Under the pieces are notes generated by a model. That model was not told the DNA's origin and ran no database searches. It was given only the letters and a program-made list of their open reading frames with translations. From Macrostomum lignano (lineage: Eukaryota): DNA of 64,000 bases. Of the stretch, positions 1 to 11,634 are shown piece after piece; position 1 is the first letter of the stretch, and each line of letters begins with the position of its first letter. Both the position numbers and the translations under genes were made by a program. The stretch is taken from assembly GCA_002269645.1 (NCBI GenBank), contig NIVC01002022.1:117512-181511 (forward strand), given 5' to 3'.

Positions 1-228
1 CAATATCTATTACTCAACACTTGTGTATATTCGTAGTTTTACGCATCTATGCTGCGTTTATAAGCTAGTATAATGCGTTAACTTTTGTCTGCTGTCATAT
101 TCAGAATTATATGTGACTTTATCTCTGTTGATTGTTGTTGGTTAACTATTTGTACTGTCTTCAAGCGTTTTTTTATAAATTTATTAGAATTCCTGTCAGG
201 TAGGTCAAGTAGTAACGCTCAGAATTTG

Positions 229-1008
229 GTGTCAGATGGATCATTAATAAGTGTCAGGATTTAGTGTCAGATGGATCATTAATAAGTGTCAGGATTTAGT
301 GTCAAATGGGTCATTAGTAAGTGTCAGGATTCAGTGTCAGATAAGGTCATTAAAAAGTGTCAGGATTTAGTGTCAGATGGATCATTAATAAGTGTCAGGA
401 TTTAGTGTCAGATGGATCATTAATAAGTGTCAGGATTTAGTGTCAGATGGATCATTAATAAGTGTCAGGATTCAGTGTCAGATGGATCATTAATAAGTGT
501 CAGGATTCAGTGTCAGATGGATCGTTAATAAGTGTCAAGATTCAGTGTCAGATGGATCATTAATAAGTGTCAGGATTCAGTGTCAGATGGATCATTAATA
601 AGTGTCAGGATTCAGTGTCAGATGGATCGTTAATAAGTGTCAAGATTCAGTGTCAGATGGATCATTAATAAGTGTCAGGATTCAGTGTCAGATGGATCGT
701 TAATAAGTGTCAGGATTCAGTGTCAGATGGATCATTAATAAGTGTCAGGATTCAGTGTCAGATGGATCATTAATAAGTGTCAGGATTTAGTGTCAGATAG
801 ATCTTTAATAATAAGTGTCAGGATTTACTGTCAGATGGATCATTAATAAGTTTCAGGATTTACTGTCAGATGGATCATTAATAAGTTTCAGGATTTACTG
901 TCAGATGGATCATTAATAAGTTTCAGGATTTAGTATCAGATGGATCATTAATAAGTGTCAGGATTCAGTGTCAGATGGATCATTAAAAAGTGTCAGGATT
1001 TAGTGTCA
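229..1008. repeat. 35-bp tandem minisatellite (GTCAGATGGATCATTAATAAGTGTCAGGATTTAGT), about 22 copies
   Basis: 35-bp periodicity read directly from the sequence. Confidence 0.95.
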
Positions 1009-1097
1009 GCTGCCACTAGTGTCAGAACCCGTTAGATTTAGGTATATTTTTTTGCCACAATAAATTGCATGCCGTCTAATCCAAAGCTGTCAGCAAC

Positions 1098-4000
1098 ATG
1101 TCAACATTTCGGTCTTCTTATCGCGAAGCAACAACGCCTACAGGTGCATCTGCAGCAGCTGGTCCGGTAAACTTCAGCGCCAGCTTAGATCGTCAGTCGG
1201 TTTCCATGGATACGCTGAATAGACAGATGCACAGAGGCAGAGCTGTGAGGGTCAGGCAAGCTCTGTTTCCCGAGACTGTTGGTGCAGAGGCTGAGCAGAT
1301 GGCTGGCTTGGAGACTCTCACAAGAGGTCGACGGAGACTGCCAACCAGTGTGCAACAGTTGGCTGAGCCGGCGCAGGTGAGAGAGTGATAATAAAAATTG
1401 ATGTGGTTGCACCGGTTGTAATTATAAAACTACTTGACATTTTTTTCTTAAATCTATTTTCGGAATTGTTTTCAAAATCTATTTTTAGAATCGCCTTTTG
1501 TAATCGCCTCCAATCTATTTTTAGGATGGCTCTTCAGTCTATTTTCTTAGAATCGCCTTCTAATCTATTTTTAGAATCGCCTCCCACATTCTATTTTTAG
1601 ATTGGTCCTCTAATATATTATAAAAAATCGCCTTCAAATCTATTTTTAGAATCGCCTTCACCAATATAGTTTTTAGAATCGCCTCCCCAATCTATTTTTA
1701 GAATCGCCTCCTCCAATCTATTTTTAGAATCGCCTCCTCTAATCTATTTTTAGAATCGCCTCCTCCAATCTATTTTTAGAATCGCCTCCTCTAATCTATT
1801 TTTAGAATCGCCTCCTCCAATCTATTTTTAGAATCGCCTCCTCTAATCTATTTTTAGAATCGCCCTACAATATATTTTTAAAATCGCCCTCTTTTCTTTT
1901 TTTAAAATCGCCCTTTAGTCTATTTTTATAATCGTCTTCAATAATTGCTTTTTAATCTTAGATTACATGAGAACATTTCTTTTTTGGAGTTGCCCTGTTT
2001 AAAGCCTAACCAAAATAACCCTTCTTTAACCCCTTGCTCACGAACCGCCCTCTGCACAATGTACCCTTCTCCCTAATCCCCGCAGATACTTCGCACAGCC
2101 GTAGTTAATCTGATCAATTACCAAGAGGACGCAGACGTGGCACTGCACGCGGCAGCGGAACTGGCTCGCCTGCTAGGCAGCTCAGATCCGGTCACCTGTC
2201 AGCGGGCCGCCTCCCTGACTCTGCAATTGTCTAAGAAGCAGGCCTGCCGATTGGCATTCGCTGTTCAAGTCGATCTCATTGAGGCCCTACTAATAGTAGT
2301 GCAAACTGCACAGTCGGTTGAGGCGCTTCGATTCGCTGTTGGCGCCCTGTGCCACATCTGTCAGGCTGAGCAGGGCTGCGCCACTGTTTATCAGTGCGGC
2401 AGAGTTCGCGCCGTGCCTGAGCTGCTGCGCTTGTTGGGTGAGGTCACAGACGGCGGATGGGGAGAGGCTGGGAGCTCAGAATAACTAACTACCTAACAGC
2501 AGGTGATGAAGGAGAGAGGCTGAGAGTAGCTACTCAACAGCAGATGATGAAGGAGAGAGGCTGAGAGTAGCTACTCAACAGGAGGTGATGAAGGAGAGAG
2601 GCTGAGAGTAGCTACTCAACAGCCAGATGATGAAGGAGAGAGGCTGAGAGTAGCTACTCAACAGCCAGATGATGAAGGAGAGAGGCTGACAACAACAACA
2701 ACAACAAAATACGCTGTCATGATGGTAAAAGTCAGCGTCACAGGGCGCGCTTCATGGCTTGGGCGCGAACAAAGGCCGCGCCACCGGCAGTGTCCGGGGC
2801 GCCGGCGTCAGCCAGCAGACAGTCGACATAACGCCGAGTTCGCGCTTGACCTCGCCGGTAGGGTGCCTGCAGCGTGAGCTCCTGGACTCCTTTGAGACAT
2901 CCTCCGGAGTGCTTCAGGGAGATACGCTGGCGCCGTTTCTGTTCGTCCTGGTGCTTGACTGGGTGCTGCGGACTGCTCTTCCTACCGACGACGACGGTTT
3001 TCTGCTGCAGCGACGCGTGGGTCGACGTCAACCGGAGAAGCGGCTCAGCGTGCTTGGCTACGCCGACGACCTCGCCCTGCTGTCCTCGACCGTCGAGGGC
3101 GCCCAACGGCAGCTGGACAGGCTGGTTGCCGTTGCGGCGAGTGTCGGCCTGGTGGTCAACACGCAGAAGACCGTTGTGCTCTGCGTGCCGGACGACATCG
3201 AGGCTGCAATATTTTGCCGAGGCGCTGACGGGCAGGCGACCGAACTCCCGCGATGTCAGCAGTTCGTCTACCTCGGCGGTCTGGTTCCAGACGCTCGCGA
3301 GGCTGACAGTAGCTACTCAACAGCAGGTGATGGAGGAGAGAGGCTGAGAGTAGCTACTCAACAGCCAGATGATGAAGGAGAGAGGCTGAGAGTAGCTACT
3401 CAACAGCCAGATGATGAAGGAGAGGCTGAGAGTAGGTACTCAACAGCCAGATGATGGAGAGAGGCTGAGAGTAGCTACTCAACAGCTAGATGATGAAGGA
3501 GAGAGGCTGAGAGTAGCTACTCAACAGCCAGATGATGGAGAGAGGCTGAGAGTAGCTACTCAACAGCTAGATGATGAAGGAGAGAGGCTGAGAGTAGCTA
3601 CTCAACAGCCAGATGATGGAGAGAGGCTGAGAGTAGCTACTCAACAGCCAGATGATGAAGGAGAGAGGCTGAGAGTAGCTACTCAACATCAAGTGATGGA
3701 GGAGAAAGGCTGAGAGTAGCTACATAACATCAGGTGATGGAGGAGAGAGGCTGATCGAGAGCAGCTACTCAACATCAGGTAATGGAGGAGAGAGGCTGAT
3801 TGAGAGTAGCTACTCAACAGCAGGTGATGGAGGAGAGAGGCTGATCGAGAGTAGCTACTCAACAGCAGGTGATGGAGGAGAGAGGCTGATCGAGAGTAGC
3901 TACTCAACAGCAGGTGATGAAGGAGAGAGGCTGAGAGTAGCTACTCAACAGCAGGTGATGGAGGAGAGAGGCTGATCGAGAGTAGCTACTCAACAGCAGG

Positions 4001-7000
4001 TGATGGAAGAGAGAGGCTGATTGAGAGTAGCTACTCAACAGCAGGTGATGGAGGAGAGAGGCTGATCGAGAGTAGCTACTCAACAGCAGGTGATGGAGGA
4101 GAGAGGCTGATCGAGAGTAGCTACTCAACAGCAGGTGATGGAGAAGAGAGGCTGAGAGTAGCTACATAACATCAGGTGATAAAGGAGAGAGGCTGATCGA
4201 GAGTAGCTACTCAACAGCATATGATGAAGGATAGAGGCTGGGAAGGGTCAATATTGGTGCGATAGGTGTAATGTAATCAGTGTTTTGTATTCATATAACT
4301 ATATGGCATGTACGATGCCAATGCTGCACAGGTAGCACGGATATCCGCACCCGGAACTACGCTCTCACCTGTCTGCACCACCTGCTGGTTCACCTGGAGG
4401 AGGCGCGTAACGAAGCCAGGATGGCTTCCGGTGCTCAGGTGCTCTCTGAGCTGCTTCTGAGCATTGTGTCCACCAGCTGGCAGCAAGCCTCTGTGTCCTC
4501 GCCTCCGCCACCGATGTCGCCGCCACTGTCTGCAGCTTCCACAGGTTCCGGTTCGGAAGCTCAGCAGCAGCAGAAACTGATGGCCGTTTGCATTGACTCT
4601 CTGCAGTTGCTGGCTTTTGGTATGCATTTGTGTTGTGATGAGGTATATTAATACATCAAGTACATGCAGGTCTGTGGGCACCCTTGCGGAACCCTTGTGT
4701 TAAGTAATACAAGAATGTTATAAAATTATTACGTAAGAATAGTTGGATGACGTCACGTCCTTTTCCCGACAGCCAATCAGGAGAGCAAACTGGTTCTGCT
4801 AAGCTGCGGCGCTGTGGACCAGCTGGTTAATTTATTGCTAACAAGTCGTTACGAAAAGCTGCTATTCTCAACTAGTCGCTTATTAAAAGTGCTATCGGTT
4901 GAGCCAAGCTGCAAGTCAGCCATATTAGCCGCAGGCGGTATTACTGCTCTGGGACGGCACTTGAAATCGACTGGCTCGGAGAGACTGGTTATGAATGCGC
5001 TCTGGACTATTAGAAATCTTAGCGATCAGGTAAAAGTGTTTGACCTGGAACCCTACCCCTTTCCTCTGGAATCTTACCTTTTTCACCTATAATCCCACCT
5101 GTTTCCCTGGAATCCTACCTGTTTCCCCTGGAATCCTACCTGTTTCTCCTGGAATTCTACCTGTTTCCCCTAGAATCCTACGTTTCCTCTTGAATCCTAC
5201 CTGTTTCCTTGGAATCTTACCTGTTTCACATGGAATTCTACCTGTTTCTCCTGGAATCCTACCTGTTTCCCTGGAATCCTACCTGTTTCCCCTGGAATCC
5301 TACCTGTTTCCCCTGGAATCCCACCTGTTTCCCCTAGAATCCTACGTTTCCTCTTGAATCCTACCTGTTTCCCCTGGAATCTTACCTGTTTCACATGGAA
5401 TTCTACCTGTTTCTCCTGGAATCCTACCTGTTTCCCTGGAATCCTACCTGTTTCAATTGGAATCTTAGCTGTTTTACTTGAAATCCTTCCGGTTTCCCCT
5501 GGAATATTTCCTGTTTTCGCTTGAATCCTTCCTGTTTCCCTGGAATATTTCTTGTTTTCGCTTGAATCTTTCCTGTTTCACATTGAATCCTACCTGTTTT
5601 GCATAGAATCCTACCTGTTTTACATGGAGTCCTACCTGTTTTACATGGAATCCTACCTGTTTCCCTGGAGTCCTACCTTTTCCCCTGGAATTCTACCTTA
5701 AGGATCCCACTTGTCTTAATTTTACCCACCCTAAAACTACAGGCCTTCACACTGAATCAGCCGCTCGATCAGCTTCTAGTAGACCTAATCGGCCTGTTAG
5801 CTTCGCCGGACATCGACTGCGTCACCTGCGCGGCGGGCATACTGTGCAACTTGACCTGCCGAAATCGACGAAATAAATTTGTTGTCACCTCGTCTGGCGG
5901 CGCCGGCGCTCTATCGCTAACTCTCCTAGCCACTCAGGATCGCGAAGAGATTGCCGAACCGTTAATGTGCGCCCTGCGTCATATTACTCACGATCATGAA
6001 CAGGTTAGTAGTGTGTAAAGCATCTTATTGTCGATTTTTATCGAAAACTCAAAAAACATCAGTAAACAGTCTACAACCCCTTTGAGGAATATAAATAGAG
6101 TCGCGTTCTCGGTCCTCTCAATCTGATTGGACGACACGCTGCCGAAGCTTCTGAATCCAGCCAATCTCGTAAATACCATATTATTTAGGCTTGCGCAGCT
6201 GCCGATGCTGTTCTATCGCACGGGCTGGCCTGCACTCTTGGCGAGCTGCTACATCGGGCAGCTGTCGTTGCCGATGCCACCACCGTTGGAGTAGGCGTCA
6301 GCGTCGCCAACGACGAGCCAGGAGGTCCCGCTGCCAGTCGGCCGTTGGTGAAGGTCAGTGCTGGCTAGTTGACATGGCACCTTTTCTTCTGGATCCTTTC
6401 TTCAGCTTTTGTGCTGCTTCATCCTTGAATCTGCTTCTCCGCTCCATCAGTGCTTGAGAATCTGCCTCTCCGCTCCATCAGTGCTTGAGAATCTGCCTCT
6501 CCGCTCCATCAGTGCTTGAGAATCTGCCTCTCCCCGATCTCCGCAGGCCGCTCTGGGCCTCTGCCGGAACCTGTCGCTCCACGCTGCCGGCCGCGCCGCC
6601 CTCCACGCCGAGTCCGCCCCGGCCGCAGCCTCCGCCATCGCGGCCGCCACTTTGGCTCGCGGCATAGACGCCCTCCTCGACGATGCCGGCTCGATAGCGT
6701 CTGCTGGCGGCGCCGACGACGGCGTCAGAGCCGAGGAGGTCCTTGAGGCCGCCTTGGCCTGCCTGCACTCTCTTGCCGGCGGCGCCGACGGCGAGGGCGA
6801 CGGCGAAACCGACCCGATCGAAGCTCGCCGCCAACGTGACGCCGTAGCAGCCGCGGTGCGCAGCCGGCCGGGCCTGCCCGACTCTGTCGCCGAATTGGCC
6901 GCCGGCGGCGTTGTCGGCAGCAGCTGCGTCGGTCCGGCTGGCGACCTGCTGGAACGTCTGGCTACGGCGAATGCCGCCACTGGTTCAACTTCGGCTACGC

Positions 7001-8107
7001 TGCAGCGCAGGCCAGCTGTGGAGCTGACGGATGAGCAGCAGCAGCAACGCCATCTCAGCGACAGATCTTCCGTTCTTGACGTTCCAGACGTTTCCGTCCG
7101 GCCCTACCGATACGGTGAGGAGAACTCCATGCCCCCACTCCAGCCACACACACTGAGAATCGCCCCCACTTCAGCCACACACACTGAGAATCGCCCCCAC
7201 TCCAGCCACACACACTGAGAATCGCCCCCACTCCAGCCACACACACTGAGAATCCCCCCACACACACTGAGAATCCCCCACACACACACTGAGAATCCCC
7301 CCACACACACTGAGAATCCCCCCACACACACTGAGAATCCCCCACACACACTGAGAATCGCCCCCACACACACTGAGAATCGCCCCCACTCCAGCCACAC
7401 ACACTAAGAATCGCCCCCTCTCCAGCCACACACACTAAGAATCGCCCCCTCTCCAGCCACACACACTGAGAATCGCCCCCACTCCAGCCACACACACTGA
7501 GAATCCCCCACACACACTGAGAATCCCCCACACACACTGAGAATCGCCCCCACTCCAGCCACACACTGAGAATCCCCCCACTTCAGCCACACACACTGAG
7601 AATCGCCCCCCACTCCAGCCACACACTGAGAATCACCCCTCTTGCAACCCTTGAAAATCAGAATCTGCAACACATAAAAGCAGCATAACAAAGAAATGTA
7701 ATTCAAAATTCTCTCATTTGTTTTACTAGGGTCCGGTGCCGTTGTGTAGTCTCAAAGTGGCCTATTGCTTCGCCTATTTAATATTATATAATTAGATTGT
7801 TTTATTATCATTGATAATTTTCACATAATGATTGGTTAGTTAATGCTTGCACAAAGGATGCACACAAAAGTAATAAAAACAACTAATTGGGCCACACGAT
7901 GCAATTCCGTACTAATATAGAGACATATTTACTCTCGCCGTTTACCCAAAACATTTTTAACGCAATTCCGTAGATCCCGAAAGAAGCGGGGCCACTCTAC
8001 CTGTTAACTATGCTGCTCAGTTGCCGCCCAGCTACCACACCTATCAGCAGGAGCAGCAACTGCAGCCAGAGCCGCCGCAGCACTGGTATAACACTGCCAA
8101 GATATGA
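1098..8107 (+). CDS. ctnnb1-like: Divergent beta-catenin/armadillo (plakoglobin-like) paralogue, 8 exons, about 767 aa. Exons: 1098-1376, 2086-2437, 4332-4619, 4773-5029, 5743-6003, 6189-6353, 6547-7114, 7974-8107
   Basis: Every intron is GT-AG and the phases are consistent (total 2304 nt). Peptides are collinear with beta-catenin: [110 protein letters not shown]. The C-terminal WYNT resembles WFDT. An extra upstream exon cannot be excluded (AG at 1092-1093). Confidence 0.9.
1478..1925. repeat. About 26-bp minisatellite (AATCTATTTTTAGAATCGCCTCCTCC) in beta-catenin intron 1
   Basis: Direct periodicity. Confidence 0.9.
2493..4230. repeat. About 39-45-bp minisatellite (GAGAGAGGCTGAGAGTAGCTACTCAACAGCAGGTGATGAAG) in intron 2, interrupted by a LINE fragment
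   Basis: Direct periodicity on both sides of 2692-3298. Confidence 0.9.
2692..3298 (-). mobile_element. Truncated RTE-like non-LTR retrotransposon insertion with an internal inversion: 3' end on minus (about 2692-2885), RT segment on plus (about 2880-3298)
   Basis: Plus strand carries RT motifs [22 protein letters not shown] and FVYLG. Minus strand carries an RTE-type C-terminus ([19 protein letters not shown]...stop at 2740-2738) followed by a (TTG)n tail. Direct repeat GAGGCTGACA at 2682-2691 and 3299-3308. Confidence 0.8.
5045..5690. repeat. About 20-21-bp minisatellite (GGAATCCTACCTGTTTCCCCT) in intron 4
   Basis: Direct periodicity. Confidence 0.9.
6425..6535. repeat. 31-bp unit, about 3 copies, in intron 6
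   Basis: CTCCGCTCCATCAGTGCTTGAGAATCTGCCT repeated. Confidence 0.85.
7128..7640. repeat. Variable 21-31-bp minisatellite (CACACACTGAGAATCGCCCCCACTCCAGC) in intron 7
   Basis: Direct periodicity. Confidence 0.9.
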
Positions 8108-8544
8108 TATGAATGATTGCTGGCTTACACGTTGACCGTGTGTTTTTATTGTTGACTGTGTACAAGCTCCACATAAATGATTATTCTAAGCCTCTCGTTC
8201 ATGCATAAATTTTCCAGTTTATGTATATGTTGATACTTAAGATTATGTTTTTTTAAACTGTGATATTATATAGCCTGTTATCTGTTCTTAAATAATTTTA
8301 CTAAATGCTATATTAAATCTTGTGATTTAAGAATGGAAGTTTGAAAATTATCATTAGCTAAATCCGATTTTAGCGGAATTCTTATTTTATTGTATTTTCT
8401 TTTATTGCTAATAATAATGTTTCCAAGCCTGTATCTTCTAATTCTTGCCTTCAAAATCGTGTTTTTCTAAACTATTATTGTAATTGCCGCATTGATTTCT
8501 ATCCCAAATTTTACACGGACCAAAAAAACTGCCAGGCCATTTAT

Positions 8545-8845
8545 TACCCCATCTCTGCCCCCAATGTACACTCGCCACTGCCAGGCCAGTTATAACCTCC
8601 TCTCTACCCCCAATGTACACTCGCCACTGCCAGGCCAGTTATAACCTCCTCTCTACCCCCAATGTACACTCGCCACTGCCAGGCCAGTTATTACCCCATC
8701 TCTGCCCCCAATGTACACTCGCCACTGCCGGGCCAGTTATAACCTCCTCTCTACCCCCAATGTACACTCGCCACTGCCGTGCCAGTTATAACCTCCTCTC
8801 TACCCCCAATGTACACTCGCCACTGCCAGGCCAGTTAAAACCCCA
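8545..8845. repeat. 49-bp tandem repeat, about 6 copies
   Basis: CCAATGTACA recurs at 8561, 8610, 8659 and 8708. Confidence 0.9.
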
Positions 8846-9664
8846 TCCCTACCCCCAACACACAATAAACCGCATTATGAGCGCTGGCGCATTGTACTTT
8901 TAATGATATTTGCTATGCTGAGTGTTTATTTTTTGTTATATAATCTATTGACTCTGGCTTGTTTAATAAATCGTGCACATTCCATTCTGCGGTGTTGTGA
9001 ACTTTTTTGAGAATTAAACATTCCCGTCCAGTTATGGAAACAAGGTTTTGATGTTACGACGTATTATTGAAATATTTGCTTAAAGTTCGTCTAAAATAAT
9101 TTATATGTTGGCCGTTATATTTTGGCTGGTACCAAGTGTAACTAATGCGTGTGTTATCAATTTATTATTTTTATCATTCTCTAATTTTCAAATCAGTTTT
9201 TTACCGCCTAGCTAGCAATTGCCACACGGAAAAAAACATTCGCCTACTCATGCTACTGTTTTTCAGTAGGTCGGTAGTGCGTTTTGCTATCTATTTTTGT
9301 CTCTGTTAAATTTTATTAATTCTCTTGCACAGCTTGAGTAGTTTAGTTCTATAAATACGCGTGTAACTAAATTTAATAATAACACTATTTATCATTAATC
9401 ATAAACTAATATAGTTGTTTTACTGGTATACTAAAGCTACTATTAGTAGTACAGCTGCTAAATTAATTAATTAAATTAACAGGTGCAAAAGTTGTTGGTT
9501 CCAATCTAAAAGAATTACGTCTTAAAATTTTGTTACTTCTTTGATTGCCTGTGCAAGCACGGGTGCTTATATCACGTGGATATGAAAAATATTAAAAGTG
9601 GATAAAATATTCACGAACGGGCATCCGCTAAACAGTGCTTATGTATCTGATGTCTTGTCTTATA

Positions 9665-10205
9665 CCCCAGTGAGCCTTGGCATCTCAGCAATTCCCCCCA
9701 GTGAGCCTTGGAATCTCAGCAATTCCCCCCAGTGAGCCTTGGAATCTCAGCAATTCCCCTGTGAGCCTTGACATCTCAGCAATTCCCCCTAGTGAGCCTT
9801 GGCATCTCAGCAATTCCCCCCAGTGAGCCTTGGCATCTCAGCAATTCCCCCCAGTGAGCCTTGGCATCTCAGCAATTCCCCCAGTGAGCCTTGGCATCTC
9901 AGCAATTCCCCCTAGTGAGCCTTGGCATCTCAGCAATTCCCCCTAGTGAGCCTTGGCATCTCAGCAATTCCCCCTAGTGAGCCTTGGCATCTCAGCAATT
10001 CCCCCCAGTGAGCCTTGGCATCTCAACAATTCCCCCTAGTGAGCCTTGGCATCTCAGAAATTCCCCCCAGTGAGCCTTGGCATCTCAGCAATTCCCCCCA
10101 GTGAGCCTTGGCATCTCAGCAATTCCCCCCAGTGAGCCTTGGCATCTCAGCAATTCCCCCCAGTGAGCCTTGGCATCTCAGCAATTCCCCCCAGTGAGCC
10201 TTGAC
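9665..10205. repeat. About 31-bp minisatellite (CCCCAGTGAGCCTTGGCATCTCAGCAATTCC)
   Basis: Direct periodicity. Confidence 0.95.
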
Positions 10206-10940
10206 ATTTTCATTTTTATCTTTGGAACTTTCATCGTTTTTAATAGTCGGTTAACTTATTATTGTTAGTAGTATAATTAAAACAATTTTTTATTAAGTTT
10301 CTATCGATTACATCTACATGCAAAACTATAGCGAAACGATAATCGTGAATTCTATTTTTTCTGCCTATCAACTACTATGAGTAGATATTGCAAAAGCTCA
10401 ATACTTATTATTTATAATACATGTATTTATATATTGGTATCCTTGCAGTGTGCTATGCCAACTTTTCATCCAATGCACTCTCTTGATACCATTGGAGCAT
10501 CACGTGCGTAGCCAACGGAGCCAAGCCATCCGGTTTGGTAGAAGATCACTAAAATTGCAGCAATCAAGCACACGTTTAAACCCCAGTCCAGAGCTCTCAG
10601 TGCACTAGATGAGATATTTTCACTGATAAGGAACGCCACGAATTTCTATATTCGTAGCCTCTACATGTACGTGTACGTATTGTTTGTTGAATTGCGCATT
10701 GCACCCTCTTCGAACATTGATTATAATATAATGTATTAATGTTCATGCATATGCGAAGTACAGTTTATTCAAAAATATTTCGCCCAAAAGCAAAGTCACA
10801 TGAACAGGAGTCTTGGCTACACCGTTTACTGCGTAGCCTCTGCATTCCGTGTCATCGGAGTTGCCGGAACCCTGCAGCTGCATCAGTTTTGGTTGTAACG
10901 CAAAAAATCATCTGTCTCTGATCTGTCTTACAGCTTTGGT

Positions 10941-11338
<398 letters not shown>

Positions 11339-11634
11339 ACATCAAACTTGGGTTATACTCGTAGCTACAGACTTTATAAATAGATTAGATTTTACTAATA
11401 CAGTTTTTTCGTTTTATTTTAGCCTTTCTAGTTTTACAAAATAAGTGTTGTAGAAGAATTCCTTATTTCTAAAGCTGTTTGATAAACCTAGTAAAATATC
11501 TTTCAGTTTAACATAAAGTATTTAATTTTACTGCAAGATAATCTAGTTATATGCTTGTCCTATGTATTGATATTTAGTCCCCAAAATTTCAATTATATAC
11601 CAGGTAACTTTAGAATTTCAGCGCAACTTCTGCA

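Noticed and set aside
10453-10670. Exon-like segment with ITCVANGAKP (Ig-like)
   Set aside because: Stops in all frames and no supporting neighbouring exons.
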